From an uncultured virus (IMG/VR IMGVR_UViG_3300046168_000009) (Duplodnaviria; Heunggongvirae; Uroviricota; Caudoviricetes; Crassvirales), in the IMG/VR virus record IMGVR_UViG_3300046168_000009: 64,000 nt of DNA; one strand, written 5' to 3'. Numbering within the stretch: position 1 is the first letter of the stretch; each line of letters starts with the position of its first letter. Positions 18,385-30,100 of the stretch are shown piece by piece. Under the pieces are notes generated by a model. That model ran no database searches. It worked only from the letters and a program-made list of their open reading frames with translations, and was not told the origin of the DNA. The translations under genes and the position numbers were made by a program.

Positions 18385-20796
18385 ATGAAAATGTACACTA
18401 ACTCAAATAGCGCCTTTCCTAGTCAGGTAGTACCGGATTATGAAAAAGCTTCGTTAGAATATGGTTCACAAGTGGCGCAAGCTATTGAGACAGAGTGGTT
18501 TAATCAAGGCCGAACTAATGGTAATAGATATCTTACTAGTTTTAATAATTTTCATCATTTAAGATTATATGCTAGAGGTGAACAACCTGTTCAAAAATAC
18601 AAAGACGAACTATCAATAAACGGTGACTTAAGCTACTTAAATCTAGACTGGAAACCAGTTCCTATATTATCTAAGTTTGTTGATATTGTTGTAAACGGTA
18701 TATCTAGCAAAGAATACGACATAAAAGCTTATTCTCAAGATCCTGCTTCTGTAAAGAAAAGAACTATGTATGCAACTGCTGTTGCGGAAGATATGTTTGC
18801 TAAAGAACAAATGCAAGCTGCAGAAGATCTACTAGGAGTTCAATTACAAAGAACTAGTATTCCTCCAACAGATTTACCAGAAACAAAAGAAGAATTAGAA
18901 TTACATTTACAGTTAAGTTATAAGCAAGCTATTGAAATAGCGGAAGAAGAAGCTATAACACAAACTTTAGCTAAAAATAAATGGGAGCTTACTAAAAGAA
19001 GATTAAATGAAGACCTTGTTGTATGCGGAATAGCGTGTGCTAAAACTAATTTTAATGTTGCTAATGGTATAACTTTAGACTACGTTGATCCTTCTTATTT
19101 AGTATACTCTTACACAGAAGATCCTAATTTTCAAGACATATATTATGTTGGTGAAGTTAAATCAATAACTATACCAGAGCTTAAAAAACAGTTTCCTAAT
19201 ATTCCAGAAGAAGAATTACAAAGAATTCAAGAAATGCCTGGTAATAGACAATATATAACTGGCTGGGGCAATTATGACAACAACACGGTTCAAGTAATGT
19301 ATTTTGAATATAAAACTTACATGAATCAAGTTTTTAAATTAAAAAGAACTGAAAACGGATTAGAGAAAATAATAGAAAAAACAGATGAATTTAATCCTCC
19401 ACCAAATGATGGATTTGAAAGAGTCGGTAGAAGTATAGAAGTATTATACACTGGAGCTAAAGTATTAGGAACAAATACAATGCTTAAGTGGGAACTTGCA
19501 GAAAATATGACAAGACCAGCCGCTGATACTACTAAAGTAGAAATGAATTATTCTATAGTTGCACCAAGAATGTACAAAGGTAGAATAGAATCTATTGTAA
19601 GTAGATGTACAGGTTTTGCAGACATGATACAGTTAACGCATTTAAAAATGCAACAAGTATTAGCTAGGATGGTGCCAGACGGTGTATTCTTAGACATGGA
19701 CGGTCTAGCAGAGGTTGATTTAGGTAATGGTACAAATTACAATCCAGCAGAAGCATTAAATATGTATTTTCAAACTGGTTCTATTGTTGGTAGATCACTT
19801 ACACAAGATGGTGATCCTAATAGAGGTAAAGTACCTATTCAAGAATTACAGTCATCTGCAGGCGGTCAAAAACTAGCTGCACTAATACAAACGTATCAAT
19901 ACTATTTACAAATGATACGTGACGTGACAGGTCTTAATGAAGCTAGAGATGGTAGTTTACCTGATAAAGACGCTTTAGTAGGTCTTGCTAAAATGGCAGC
20001 AAACCAATCTAACATAGCCACAAAACATATAAATCAAGGTAGTTTATATATTGCTTTAAAAATATGTGAAAATATATCTCTTAAACTAGCAGATGCTTTA
20101 AGCTATCCTTTAACAGCTAACGCTTTGATAGAAGGTATATCTATATATAATGTAGAAACATTAAGAGAAATATCTAATTTAAATTTACATGACTTTGGTA
20201 TATTCCTAGAGTTAGAACCTGATGATGAAGAGAAAGCACAGTTAGAACAAAACATACAAGTTGCTTTGCAGTCTGGAGGTATTGATTTAGAAGACGCAAT
20301 TGATATTCGTCAAATTAAAAATTTAAAGCTAGCAAATCAATTACTAAAACAAAAACGTAAAAAGAAACTAGCTAGAGAAAGAGCAAATCAAGAAAGAATG
20401 ATAGCTGCTCAAGGTGAAGCTGCAGCTAAGACAGCAGAGCAAACTGCGTTAGCAGAAACTCAAAAACAAGCAGCTTTAACTCAGCAGAAAGTAAGTATAG
20501 AACAAGCTAAGTCTCAATTTGAAATAAGTAGAATGGAAACTGAAATGCAAATAAAAGCTAAGCTAATGCAACAAGAGTATGGTTATCAGTTTCAATTAGC
20601 TCAAATAAAAACAGGTGCTGAAGGTTCTAAGGAAAAAGAAATTGAAGATCGTAAAGATAAAAGATTAAAAATGCAAGGTACTCAACAGAGTAAATTGATA
20701 CAACAGAGACAAAATGACTCTAATCCTGTTGATTTTGAAAGTACAGGAGAAAACAACCTAGGGTTTAACATAGAAGAGTTAATGCCTAAAGTTTAA
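18385..20796 (+). CDS. portal protein
   Basis: 803 aa directly after terL; IRDVTGLNEARDG; C-terminal Q-rich coiled coil. Confidence 0.88.
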   Translation: MKMYTNSNSAFPSQVVPDYEKASLEYGSQVAQAIETEWFNQGRTNGNRYLTSFNNFHHLRLYARGEQPVQKYKDELSINGDLSYLNLDWKPVPILSKFVDIVVNGISSKEYDIKAYSQDPASVKKRTMYATAVAEDMFAKEQMQAAEDLLGVQLQRTSIPPTDLPETKEELELHLQLSYKQAIEIAEEEAITQTLAKNKWELTKRRLNEDLVVCGIACAKTNFNVANGITLDYVDPSYLVYSYTEDPNFQDIYYVGEVKSITIPELKKQFPNIPEEELQRIQEMPGNRQYITGWGNYDNNTVQVMYFEYKTYMNQVFKLKRTENGLEKIIEKTDEFNPPPNDGFERVGRSIEVLYTGAKVLGTNTMLKWELAENMTRPAADTTKVEMNYSIVAPRMYKGRIESIVSRCTGFADMIQLTHLKMQQVLARMVPDGVFLDMDGLAEVDLGNGTNYNPAEALNMYFQTGSIVGRSLTQDGDPNRGKVPIQELQSSAGGQKLAALIQTYQYYLQMIRDVTGLNEARDGSLPDKDALVGLAKMAANQSNIATKHINQGSLYIALKICENISLKLADALSYPLTANALIEGISIYNVETLREISNLNLHDFGIFLELEPDDEEKAQLEQNIQVALQSGGIDLEDAIDIRQIKNLKLANQLLKQKRKKKLARERANQERMIAAQGEAAAKTAEQTALAETQKQAALTQQKVSIEQAKSQFEISRMETEMQIKAKLMQQEYGYQFQLAQIKTGAEGSKEKEIEDRKDKRLKMQGTQQSKLIQQRQNDSNPVDFESTGENNLGFNIEELMPKV

Positions 20797-20824
20797 TTAT
20801 TTAATTATTTAATTATATTATATT

Positions 20825-22036
20825 ATGTCAGAAAACACAAAGACCGAAGAGGTCAAACAAGAAGGTGATTTTAAAATTAAAAAGAAAAAAACACCAAAAA
20901 ACTTAGGACACCTTAGCGGTAATGATCCTGTAAAAGTAGATTTAACAAAACCAGAAGCAACAGGTGAAATTGTACCAGATGTTGTAAAGGTTGAAATACC
21001 AAAAGAAGACAATGCCATTCGTATCGGAGAAACAGGAAATGTTCCTGAAGAAAAACAAACCGGAGATTTGGTTGAAGTGGACAAACAAGTACAAGAGCCC
21101 AGCGAGGTTATTGAAGAAGTCACTCCACTCCAAGAAATAACCGATGAAGAAGTTAAAGAGGTTAAACAAGAAGCTCAAGAAGCTGTAAGAGATCAACAGA
21201 TCTTAGGAAAGCCTTTACCGGAAAATGTAGAAAAACTAGTTTCTTTTATGGAAGAAACAGGTGGAAGCGTAGAAGACTACGTGGCATTAAACAAAGACTA
21301 CTCTAAGCTTAATAGCTCAGAGGTTTTAAAAGAATATTATCTTAAATCCAAACCACACTTAGATTTAGAAGAAATAGCTTTCTTAATGGAAGACAATTTT
21401 AAGTATGATGAGGACGTAGATGAAGAGCGAGCTATACGCAAAAAGAAACTCGCTTATAAAGAAGAAGTTGCAAAAGCAAAACAATACTTAGAAAGCTCTA
21501 AGAGTAAATATTACGACGAGATCAAGTTGAGACCGGGCGTAACTCAAGAGCAGCAAGAAGCGTTAAGCTTTTATGACCGATATAAAGAGCAGCAAGAAAA
21601 AGCTCAAGCACAACACGGTGATTTTAGAGATCGTACTAAAAAATTATTCAATAAAGAATTCAAAGGTTTTGATTTTAATGTGGGGGATAAGAAATTTAGA
21701 TACGGTGTTAAAGACCCGGCTAAGGTAGGTGAAACTCAAGTGGATGTTCAGAATTTCGTAAGTAAGTATTTAGACAAAGACGGAAATATGACAGATCCAA
21801 GTGGGTATCATAAAGCTATGTATGCTGCAATGAATGCTGATAAACTAGCTCATCATTTTTATGAACAAGGAAAAGCTGATGGCATCAAAGGTGTTATTAC
21901 AAATTCTAAAAATCCAGCACAAGACGGACCTAGGCAAGTTGCCGATGGAAATGTTTTTATAAATGGATTAAAAGTAAAGTCGATTAGTGGTTTAGATTCA
22001 TCAAAATTAAAAATAAAAACAAAAAAGTTTAACTAA
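20825..22036 (+). CDS. capsid scaffolding-like protein
   Basis: Acidic/helical 403 aa between portal and capsid; HFYEQGKAD motif. Confidence 0.7.
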   Translation: MSENTKTEEVKQEGDFKIKKKKTPKNLGHLSGNDPVKVDLTKPEATGEIVPDVVKVEIPKEDNAIRIGETGNVPEEKQTGDLVEVDKQVQEPSEVIEEVTPLQEITDEEVKEVKQEAQEAVRDQQILGKPLPENVEKLVSFMEETGGSVEDYVALNKDYSKLNSSEVLKEYYLKSKPHLDLEEIAFLMEDNFKYDEDVDEERAIRKKKLAYKEEVAKAKQYLESSKSKYYDEIKLRPGVTQEQQEALSFYDRYKEQQEKAQAQHGDFRDRTKKLFNKEFKGFDFNVGDKKFRYGVKDPAKVGETQVDVQNFVSKYLDKDGNMTDPSGYHKAMYAAMNADKLAHHFYEQGKADGIKGVITNSKNPAQDGPRQVADGNVFINGLKVKSISGLDSSKLKIKTKKFN

Positions 22037-22051
22037 TTAAAATTAAAAATT

Positions 22052-23524
22052 ATGGCTTTATCCCCACAGTTTGGAAGTATAGTACCTTCTCAAACTCAAC
22101 AATTACTTCAACAGAACTATCTTACATTCGATGGTGCTGCTGGTGGAAATTTTGCTCAGCAATATTTACCAGAGCTTTACGAAGCTGAAGTAGAAAGATA
22201 CGGTAACAGAACGTTATCCGGATTTTTAAGAATGGTAGGCGCTGAAATGCCTATGACTTCTGATCAAGTAATTTGGTCTGAACAAAATAGATTACATATA
22301 TCTTACGCTGATTGCGCGATCACTGCTAATGCTGCTGGTGTTGCTAATCTAGGTATTGATATAACTAATGGTGGTGCAAATACACAAGTATCAAACGTTG
22401 TTTCTCCAGCTGCAACAGTTGTCGTTATGGACGACTTTGGTGGTGAATTAAAATGTTTCGTAGATGCTTCAAATGGCGCAAATGGTCTTATATCTGTACA
22501 ACCTTATACTGCTGCTAGCTTAGCTGGTTTAACTGGTTTAGTGAAAGTATTTGTATACGGTTCTGATTTCCAAAAAGGACAGAGCACGATTCAACCTGCT
22601 GCTGCACTTGGTGCAAACGCGATTGGAGCTGCTAACCCTATGGTTACTGTAAACCCTGCGTTTACTACTTTTAGCAACAATCCTATTATCATTAGAAGCC
22701 AATATTCTATCAATGGTTCTGACACTGCTCAGATCGGTTGGGTAGAAGTTGCTACTGAAGATGGAACAGGTGGTTACTTATGGTATTTAAAAGCTGAGTC
22801 TGAAACTAGACTACGTTTCGAAGATTACTTAGAAATGTCTATGGTTGAAGGTGAACTTAAAAACGCTGCTGTATCTCCTATTGCTGGAGCTGCTGGTGTA
22901 GGTATCATTGGTACTGAAGGTTTATTTGCTGCTATTCAAAATGGAGGTAACGTAGAAGTAGGATTTACTGCTGCTGCTGGTATCGACGCTTTTGATGCAA
23001 TACTTAAAAACCTAGATACTCAAGGAGCTATTGAAGAAAACATGTTATTCTTGAACAGAAACACTGCTCTTGATTTTGACGATATGTTAGCTTCTATATC
23101 TGGAGGTTATGCAGGTGGTACTGCTTTTGGTCTTTTCGAAAACTCTGAAGAAATGGCATTGAACTTAGGATTCTCAGGATTCCGTAGAGGTTCTTATGAT
23201 TTCTATAAGACAGATTGGAAATACTTAAACGACGCTTCAACGCGTGGTGCAATGACTGGTCCTGCTTCAATTGAAGGAGTATTAGTTCCTGCAGGTACTT
23301 CTACTGTTTATGACCAAATCTTAGGTACAAACATTAGACGTCCTTTCTTACACGTAAGATACAGAGCTTCTCAAGCTGATGACAGAAGAATGAAATCATG
23401 GCTAACTGGTTCAGTTGGTGGTGCGTTTACTTCTACGTTAGATGCAATGGAAGTTAACTTCTTATCTGAAAGATGTTTAGTAACTCAAGCTAGAAACAAC
23501 TTTGTATTATTCAAAGGTATCTAG
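22052..23524 (+). CDS. major capsid protein
   Basis: 490 aa, strong codon bias, position after scaffold, GTEGLFAAI, followed by a terminator. Confidence 0.88.
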   Translation: MALSPQFGSIVPSQTQQLLQQNYLTFDGAAGGNFAQQYLPELYEAEVERYGNRTLSGFLRMVGAEMPMTSDQVIWSEQNRLHISYADCAITANAAGVANLGIDITNGGANTQVSNVVSPAATVVVMDDFGGELKCFVDASNGANGLISVQPYTAASLAGLTGLVKVFVYGSDFQKGQSTIQPAAALGANAIGAANPMVTVNPAFTTFSNNPIIIRSQYSINGSDTAQIGWVEVATEDGTGGYLWYLKAESETRLRFEDYLEMSMVEGELKNAAVSPIAGAAGVGIIGTEGLFAAIQNGGNVEVGFTAAAGIDAFDAILKNLDTQGAIEENMLFLNRNTALDFDDMLASISGGYAGGTAFGLFENSEEMALNLGFSGFRRGSYDFYKTDWKYLNDASTRGAMTGPASIEGVLVPAGTSTVYDQILGTNIRRPFLHVRYRASQADDRRMKSWLTGSVGGAFTSTLDAMEVNFLSERCLVTQARNNFVLFKGI

Positions 23525-23533
23525 TACATTAAT

Positions 23534-23580
23534 GTAATTCTTACCCTCGTTATATCAACGGGGGTAATTATTACTTTTAT
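23534..23580 (+). terminator. intrinsic terminator after the capsid gene
   Basis: TTACCCTCGTT-atatc-AACGGGGGTAA stem, extended by GTAAT/ATTAC, then T-rich tail. Confidence 0.75.
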
Positions 23581-23600
23581 TAATTTTATTATATTATATC

Positions 23601-24365
23601 ATGGCAAAAAAAGAAAAAATCCAACAAACTGGTTGGGAAATAAAAGATAGAAGATATTTTTTAAAAGATAACTCTTCACCACTAACACTAACAATACCTA
23701 GCAAGCATACAAAAAAGCATGCTTTACTATGGTTTGACGAGGAAACAGGATCTCAAAGAGAATTAAGATATGCTACAAATCAATCGTCAGTATTCGTAGA
23801 TGAACAAAAAGGTGAAGCAACAATGGGGCATATATCTTTTACTGATGGCATCTTGCAAGTTCCAAAAGAACAACAAGCTTTGCAAAAAATGTTATCTATA
23901 TATCACCCTTTATTAGGTAGAAAATACCTAGAACACAAACCTCAAGCTATCGCTCAAGATCAATTAGCTGATTTAAATATAGAAATAGATGCGTTAAACG
24001 CTGCTAGAGAAATAGAAATAGATCAAGCTGAAGCAATTATGAGAGTAGAGATTGGCTCTAAGGTTAATAAGATGAGTTCTAAAGAACTTAAAAGAGATTT
24101 ATTAATATTTGCAAAAAACAATCCTAGATTATTCTTAGATTTAGCTAATGACGAAAACGTAATGTTAAGAAACTTTGCGGTTAGATCAGCTGAACTTGGA
24201 ATAATTTTATTGTCTCAAGATCAAAGGCAAATATCCTGGGCGTCTAACGGTAGAAAACTAATGAACGTTCCGTTTGATGAAAATCCTTATTCAGCTTTTG
24301 CTGCTTATTTAAAAACAGACGAAGGTGTAGAAGTATTTAAATCAATAGAGAAAAAAATGATTTAA
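23601..24365 (+). CDS. conserved head-module protein
   Basis: 254 aa, RELRYATNQ motif, position after capsid. Confidence 0.7.
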   Translation: MAKKEKIQQTGWEIKDRRYFLKDNSSPLTLTIPSKHTKKHALLWFDEETGSQRELRYATNQSSVFVDEQKGEATMGHISFTDGILQVPKEQQALQKMLSIYHPLLGRKYLEHKPQAIAQDQLADLNIEIDALNAAREIEIDQAEAIMRVEIGSKVNKMSSKELKRDLLIFAKNNPRLFLDLANDENVMLRNFAVRSAELGIILLSQDQRQISWASNGRKLMNVPFDENPYSAFAAYLKTDEGVEVFKSIEKKMI

Positions 24366-24383
24366 CAGGTGATTATAATAATG

Positions 24384-24404
24384 GGTGATCACTTTGTGGT
24401 CACC
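24384..24404 (+). promoter_or_regulatory. intergenic hairpin
   Basis: GGTGATCAC-ttt-GTGGTCACC, just downstream of a partial class II motif (GTGATTATA 24369). Confidence 0.5.
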
Positions 24405-24427
24405 TAATTATTAAAAAAAAATATACA

Positions 24428-25357
24428 ATGGCAATAAACGTAAATCAAGTTTATCAAACAGTTTTACTTATTCTCAATAAAGAACAAAGGGGATATTTAA
24501 CTCCTGATGAATTTAATAGAATAAGCGCACAAGTGCAGCTTGAAATATTCGAGTCTTATTTTGAAGATTTAAATCAACAATTACGTGTGCCAGACAACGA
24601 CTCTGAATACTCAGATCGTATAAAAAATACGCAAGAAAAAATTGCGCTCTTCCAAGAATCAGGCACGTGTCCTTACGTAGGTCCTTATTTCGGTGTACCA
24701 ACAGTATCAGGTACTACCACATCTCAAACATTCAATACAACTACAGCTCAGCAGTATATAATAACTACTATTACTGCAGATGAATTAGACGCTGGGCAAC
24801 CAAGCGTTACGTTAGAAGATGCAAACGGTGTTCAACAACCTTTAGCTGAATTTACTGACTGGACTATATCTGGTCTTACGCTTAGTTTAACTAATGTACC
24901 TACAGCTGGTAGAGCTTTAATATTAACAGTAAATGAGTTTGATTTTTACAAACTAGGAACTGTTATACACAAAGATGAAACACCTGTTCAATATGTTCAA
25001 CCTAACGAATTATTAGAACTAAATTTATCACCTATAACAAAACCATCTACTTCTTTTCCTGTTTATAGATATAAAGATAGACAGATATTTGTATCACCAT
25101 CAACTATACAAAGTGACTTGTCTTGTACGTACTTAAGAAAACCACTAAATCCAATGTGGAATTTTACAGCAACAGCTCCAGCTTATCAATACATTTACAA
25201 CGCTGGTAGTTCTGTAAACTTTGAATTACATCCAACAGAGCAAACTGAAATAGTGCTAAGAATATTAATGTATGCTGGTGTCATAGTTAAAGATCCACAA
25301 TTAATACAAAGCGCGGCTCAACAAGTTGCTATGGATAATCAAAACGAAAAAATATAA
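24428..25357 (+). CDS. head-tail adaptor / tail ring protein
   Basis: LNKEQRGYLTPDEFN N-terminus, YLRKP..P.W motif; position. Confidence 0.7.
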   Translation: MAINVNQVYQTVLLILNKEQRGYLTPDEFNRISAQVQLEIFESYFEDLNQQLRVPDNDSEYSDRIKNTQEKIALFQESGTCPYVGPYFGVPTVSGTTTSQTFNTTTAQQYIITTITADELDAGQPSVTLEDANGVQQPLAEFTDWTISGLTLSLTNVPTAGRALILTVNEFDFYKLGTVIHKDETPVQYVQPNELLELNLSPITKPSTSFPVYRYKDRQIFVSPSTIQSDLSCTYLRKPLNPMWNFTATAPAYQYIYNAGSSVNFELHPTEQTEIVLRILMYAGVIVKDPQLIQSAAQQVAMDNQNEKI

Positions 25358-25360
25358 AAC

Positions 25361-26617
25361 ATGGCTATACAACCTCCAAATAACGGATTACTAAACGAAA
25401 CTGGTCAACAATACTACCAAGGTGCTGAAGGTTTTGTAGGTGATGGGGCTAATAGAACTTTTCCTACAACTTTTGATACTGACTTATATTTAGGCAATTG
25501 GAATCCTAGTGCTGAAAACTACGCGTTAAATAATTTTAAAGTGTATACTAGTACAAGTGGTTTTCCTGGATCTTGGTCTGAATACATTACAGAGTTTTCT
25601 ATTTCAGGTAATTCAATTGTCTTTCCGGCTAATGCAATACCTGCTAATGGTCTGTATATAGTAGTTCAATTAAAAATATTAGATGGTGGTAAATATGGCT
25701 CTACACCTGCTGAAAAAGCATATGGTCAAGCCGTAGAAGATAATTATGGTAGTTATAAATATGTAAAACTAGTTGATATAGTAAATAACTTTTTGGTAGG
25801 ATATGTTGGCACTGGTAAATTACTACCAGATGCTAAAAGAACAGATGTTATTTTTCATGCAAAAAGAGGTATGCAAGAATTTAGTTATGATACTTTAAAA
25901 AGTATTAAATCTTCTGAGTTAACAATACCAGAGGGTTTAACTCTTGTTCTCCCTCAAGACTACGTTAATTATGTAGGTATGTCTTGGATCGATGGGCAAG
26001 GAGTAAAAAGGCCTATATACCCAGCTAATAATTTAACAATAAGTCCTTTCAACACTCAGCTACAAGATAGTCAAGGAATACCTACACAAGATAATTTTGG
26101 TAATGATTTAGAAGGAACATCTATAGTTCAAGAAAGGTGGCATAGTGCTAATGACAAGTTAATAAACGGTAGTTGGACAATGCAAGATTTCACTAATGAT
26201 TTATGGGCTTACAACTGGGACTACCCAGGTTCTTTCTTTGGTGCAACAAGAGGTCAAATGTATGGAATGGATCCTCAGTATTCACAGTACAATGGCTGGT
26301 TTAATATGAACGAAAGAGAAGGTAAAGTATCTTTTTCAGCAAACTTAAAAGACAAGTTAATTGTTTTAGAATACATATCAGACGGCTTAGCTACTGATTT
26401 AGACACTAAGCTACCTAAGCTTGCTGAAGAGGCAATGTACGCTTATATACTTTATTCTATAATATCTACTAGAGCAAACCAACAAGAGTATGTAGTTCAA
26501 AGACTAAGAAAAGACAAGAGTTCAAAATTGCGAAACGCAAAAATAAGATTATCTAATATAAAGCTTGAAGAAATAGTACAAGTAATGAGAGGTAAATCTA
26601 AATGGATTAAACATTAA
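25361..26617 (+). CDS. tail ring / adaptor protein
   Basis: LPQDYVNY and LEYISDGL motifs; position. Confidence 0.65.
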   Translation: MAIQPPNNGLLNETGQQYYQGAEGFVGDGANRTFPTTFDTDLYLGNWNPSAENYALNNFKVYTSTSGFPGSWSEYITEFSISGNSIVFPANAIPANGLYIVVQLKILDGGKYGSTPAEKAYGQAVEDNYGSYKYVKLVDIVNNFLVGYVGTGKLLPDAKRTDVIFHAKRGMQEFSYDTLKSIKSSELTIPEGLTLVLPQDYVNYVGMSWIDGQGVKRPIYPANNLTISPFNTQLQDSQGIPTQDNFGNDLEGTSIVQERWHSANDKLINGSWTMQDFTNDLWAYNWDYPGSFFGATRGQMYGMDPQYSQYNGWFNMNEREGKVSFSANLKDKLIVLEYISDGLATDLDTKLPKLAEEAMYAYILYSIISTRANQQEYVVQRLRKDKSSKLRNAKIRLSNIKLEEIVQVMRGKSKWIKH

Positions 26618-26622
26618 GTCAC

Positions 26623-27123
26623 ATGAGTTTTTCATCAAAATTTACGGGTAAAAACCCTATTAACAAACAAGATCCACCAAACCAGTCTAATGCTTTGTCA
26701 AACATAGAACATAAAGCTGAAGAGGTTTTAAACTTTCCACAAGAAAAAGCAAGACAAAGAACTGATGAGTATTTAAGTATTACTCCAGACAAAGATGGTT
26801 TAATGGAAGAGCAAAACTCTTTTGAGCACGGCGATACGGCTAGACATTATTTTGCTGGTGATCAAACTTCTAGAGCAATACAAAATAAACTTAAGTATCT
26901 TGGTCCTATTACAAAAAGAGTAGCTGGTATAGTAGGTTCTAATGTAGGTGGATTAATTCATGAAGCTCAAAATATAAGAGAAGGCAGACCTATTTTAGAA
27001 TCAGTAGAAGATGCAACTAATAATTTTGTAGGTTCACTTGGATCTTTGTTTTCTAAAAACACTAGCACTAAAATATTAGATAGATTAAAAAAATATTTAC
27101 CAGACGGAAAATTTAAAAATTAA
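26623..27123 (+). CDS. inserted helical protein with D..RH / HE / D..NN..G motif
   Basis: GDTARHYFAG...IHEAQN...EDATNNFVG. Confidence 0.65.
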   Translation: MSFSSKFTGKNPINKQDPPNQSNALSNIEHKAEEVLNFPQEKARQRTDEYLSITPDKDGLMEEQNSFEHGDTARHYFAGDQTSRAIQNKLKYLGPITKRVAGIVGSNVGGLIHEAQNIREGRPILESVEDATNNFVGSLGSLFSKNTSTKILDRLKKYLPDGKFKN

Positions 27124-27126
27124 TAC

Positions 27127-30100
27127 ATGGCAGAAGCTAAAAATACTTTTCTAAAATCCAAGATGAATAAAGATCTTGATGATAGAATATTACCTAACGG
27201 TGAATATAGAGATGCTCTGAATATATCTGTAGGTAGATCAGAAGACAATGATGTTGGTTCGCTTGAGAATATATTAGGTAATTCTTTAATAGCGGCTACA
27301 GCCTCTAGCAATGCTAATTTAAAATGTATAGGTAAGTTTGAAGATGAAGTTGGCAATAGAATATTTCAAATATTAACAGACTACACAGACGCAGATGCAA
27401 CTTGCCAAACCGTAAATTACCCATCAGCATCTACAGCTGTAGAAATGAAAATAACTGTTTTTGATCTTAACAATAACACTTATAGTACCTTAGTTCAAGG
27501 CAAGTTTTTAAATTTTGCTAAAAATAGATGCTGGCAAGTTACAGGAATAAATTTAGTAGAAGATTTATTGTTTTGGACAGACAATAGAAATCAACCTAGA
27601 AAAATAAACGTAACAACAGCTATAGGTAATCCTAATTACTACACCGAGGAAAGTCAAATATCTGTCGCTAAGTACATGCCACAAAAAGCTCCTGAGCTTT
27701 ACAAGGAAGTAGACACTACTGTTGTAACAGTTACAAATACTAAGAATTTTATATTAGAAACAGTTACTGGTATATCTGTTGATATGTTTGTAGTTTCTAA
27801 TGCTGCTCAAAATGTAGGATCAGAAAGCATACTTGGTAGTGAGTACATAAGAGTGACAGCTATAGATACAACTACAAATACAGTAACTATTAATGCAGAT
27901 CCTTCTACCGCTGTTGTTGTCGGGCAAAGACTTAGGTTTATTGAAACCACAATGACAAACGAAAGTGATGACACTAGTTGGCCTGGTGATCCTAGATATT
28001 TAGAAGATAAGTATGTTAGGTTTGCATATAGATTTCAATTTGATGATGGTGAGTATTCTTTAATGTCTCCTTTTACTCAGATAGCATTTATACCTCAACA
28101 ATCTGGATTTTTTCTAAACGGAAATGAAACACAGGCTTATGAAAGTACTATTGTTAAATGGTTTGAAAACAATGTAGATAACGTTAAATTAAGAATATCT
28201 TTACCCGGAGTTGGTACAAATGTAAACTTAGGAGGTAGTGTTTCTAAGAATGTTCTTACAGAATATAAAATACAAAATATAGACATACTATATAAAGAAT
28301 CAAATGGCTTAGTAGTTAAAGTTTTAAAGACTATATCAGGTACTACTATGGCGGCTGAAATGGACGAGGAGGTTTATGTTTATGAATATCAATCTGAAAA
28401 ACCATATAAAACACTTACTGAAGGACAAACAACTAGAGTTTATGACAAAGTACCAGTTAGAGCGTTAGCTCAATCTATTGCTGGTAATAGAGTTATATAT
28501 GGTAATTTTAAAGACAAACACACACCCTACAATACACTTGACTATAACTGTACGGTTCAAGAAAAAAATGACTTATATACTTCTTGGGCAGAATATCCTA
28601 ATCACACAATAAAACAAAACAGAACTTATCAAATAGGTTTTGTTTTAGCAGATAAATTTGGAAGACAATCTTCAGTTATTCTATCTACATACGACACGCT
28701 TTCCTCGGCTCAAGGTAGTACTATATTTGGAGGATCAACTGTTTTTCATCCGTACTACGATGCTAATGATTCATTAGATGTAAAGTCTTGGTTTGGTGAT
28801 GCAGCTTTGCTTTTATTAAATCAAACAATAGGTGATTTTACAATAGGATCTTCAGACCGTAATTTAGCTACGGGTGCTCCAGGTATATATGGAGAACCTC
28901 AAACATCTTGGGTTGTAGACAACAGCACTAATGATTCTTTAACTTACAACGCAGGTACTAATAGGTGGACATTAAGCTTCTCTACACCAACTATAGGTTC
29001 TTTACCTACAACAGACATGTATTTAAGAGGTGAATATGTAGACTACACTCAAATACTAAGTATTAGTAGCGCGGCAGGGGTAACTAGCATTACAACGCTT
29101 GATAAGCCGAACAGTTATTATTTATATTTAATAGAAAATACAGATACTGATACTAAGTTTGCATATTCTATAAATCCATTAGGTTGGTATTCTTATAAAA
29201 TAGTAGTTAAACAAAGAGAACAAGATTATTATAATGCATATCTACCTGGGTTTTTAGATGGATATCCTGAGCAAATGACTCAAGGTAGCGAAATTCAATA
29301 TGTGGTAGGCACAGACACAGCAGGTGACGCTTATTCTTATGCAGCAAACGCTAATGGTATAAATGAAATTTTATTTCCAGGTGGTGAATTAGATGATACT
29401 GCTCACGCTGTTTTAATAAACGATAATATAAATAAAATACCTAGAGATTTATCTGAAGTAGGACCTGATCAAAAACAATATAGAAGTAGTGTAGAACTAT
29501 TTGGTAGAGTAAACAACTACGAGGGTAAATTTAATATAACAAACTGGAGTCATTCTGGTGGTTCACCTGCTGGTCCTGGTGCTGATCAAGTAAATGAAAT
29601 TAAATTCACTGGTGTAAATGATCCTACAAACACAACGGTATTTTGCCCAACAGGTTCTTGCACGGGTCAAGAAAAAGCATTAGAACCAGGTATGGCCTTG
29701 TTAATGGGTAAATGTGAAGTGCAATACCCAGACTGTACACCAACTAGTAACCCTCCTGCTTATCAAGATCCTCAGTTCTTTTCTAACGCAACTCTTATTA
29801 CTAAGGTAGAGTATGATGCGGTTGCAGATGAAACAACAGTTACATTTAGTCCAGGTGGTGCTATTAAAGCAGACGCTGATAATATAATAATAGAGTACGG
29901 TGATAACGAACAGTATTACCCTACGCAAAAACCTGATATTGCCTCTACAGTAGGTACTGCAGATGACTTAGGTTTTTATCAATATTCAGTAGATAATTTT
30001 AATGGTAGCGCGGCTAGAAACTTGTACCAACTAGAAACAAACCCTATTGTGGCTAGATTTTCTACTAATCAAAAGCTAGGTGTTATAGCCGCTGACATGG

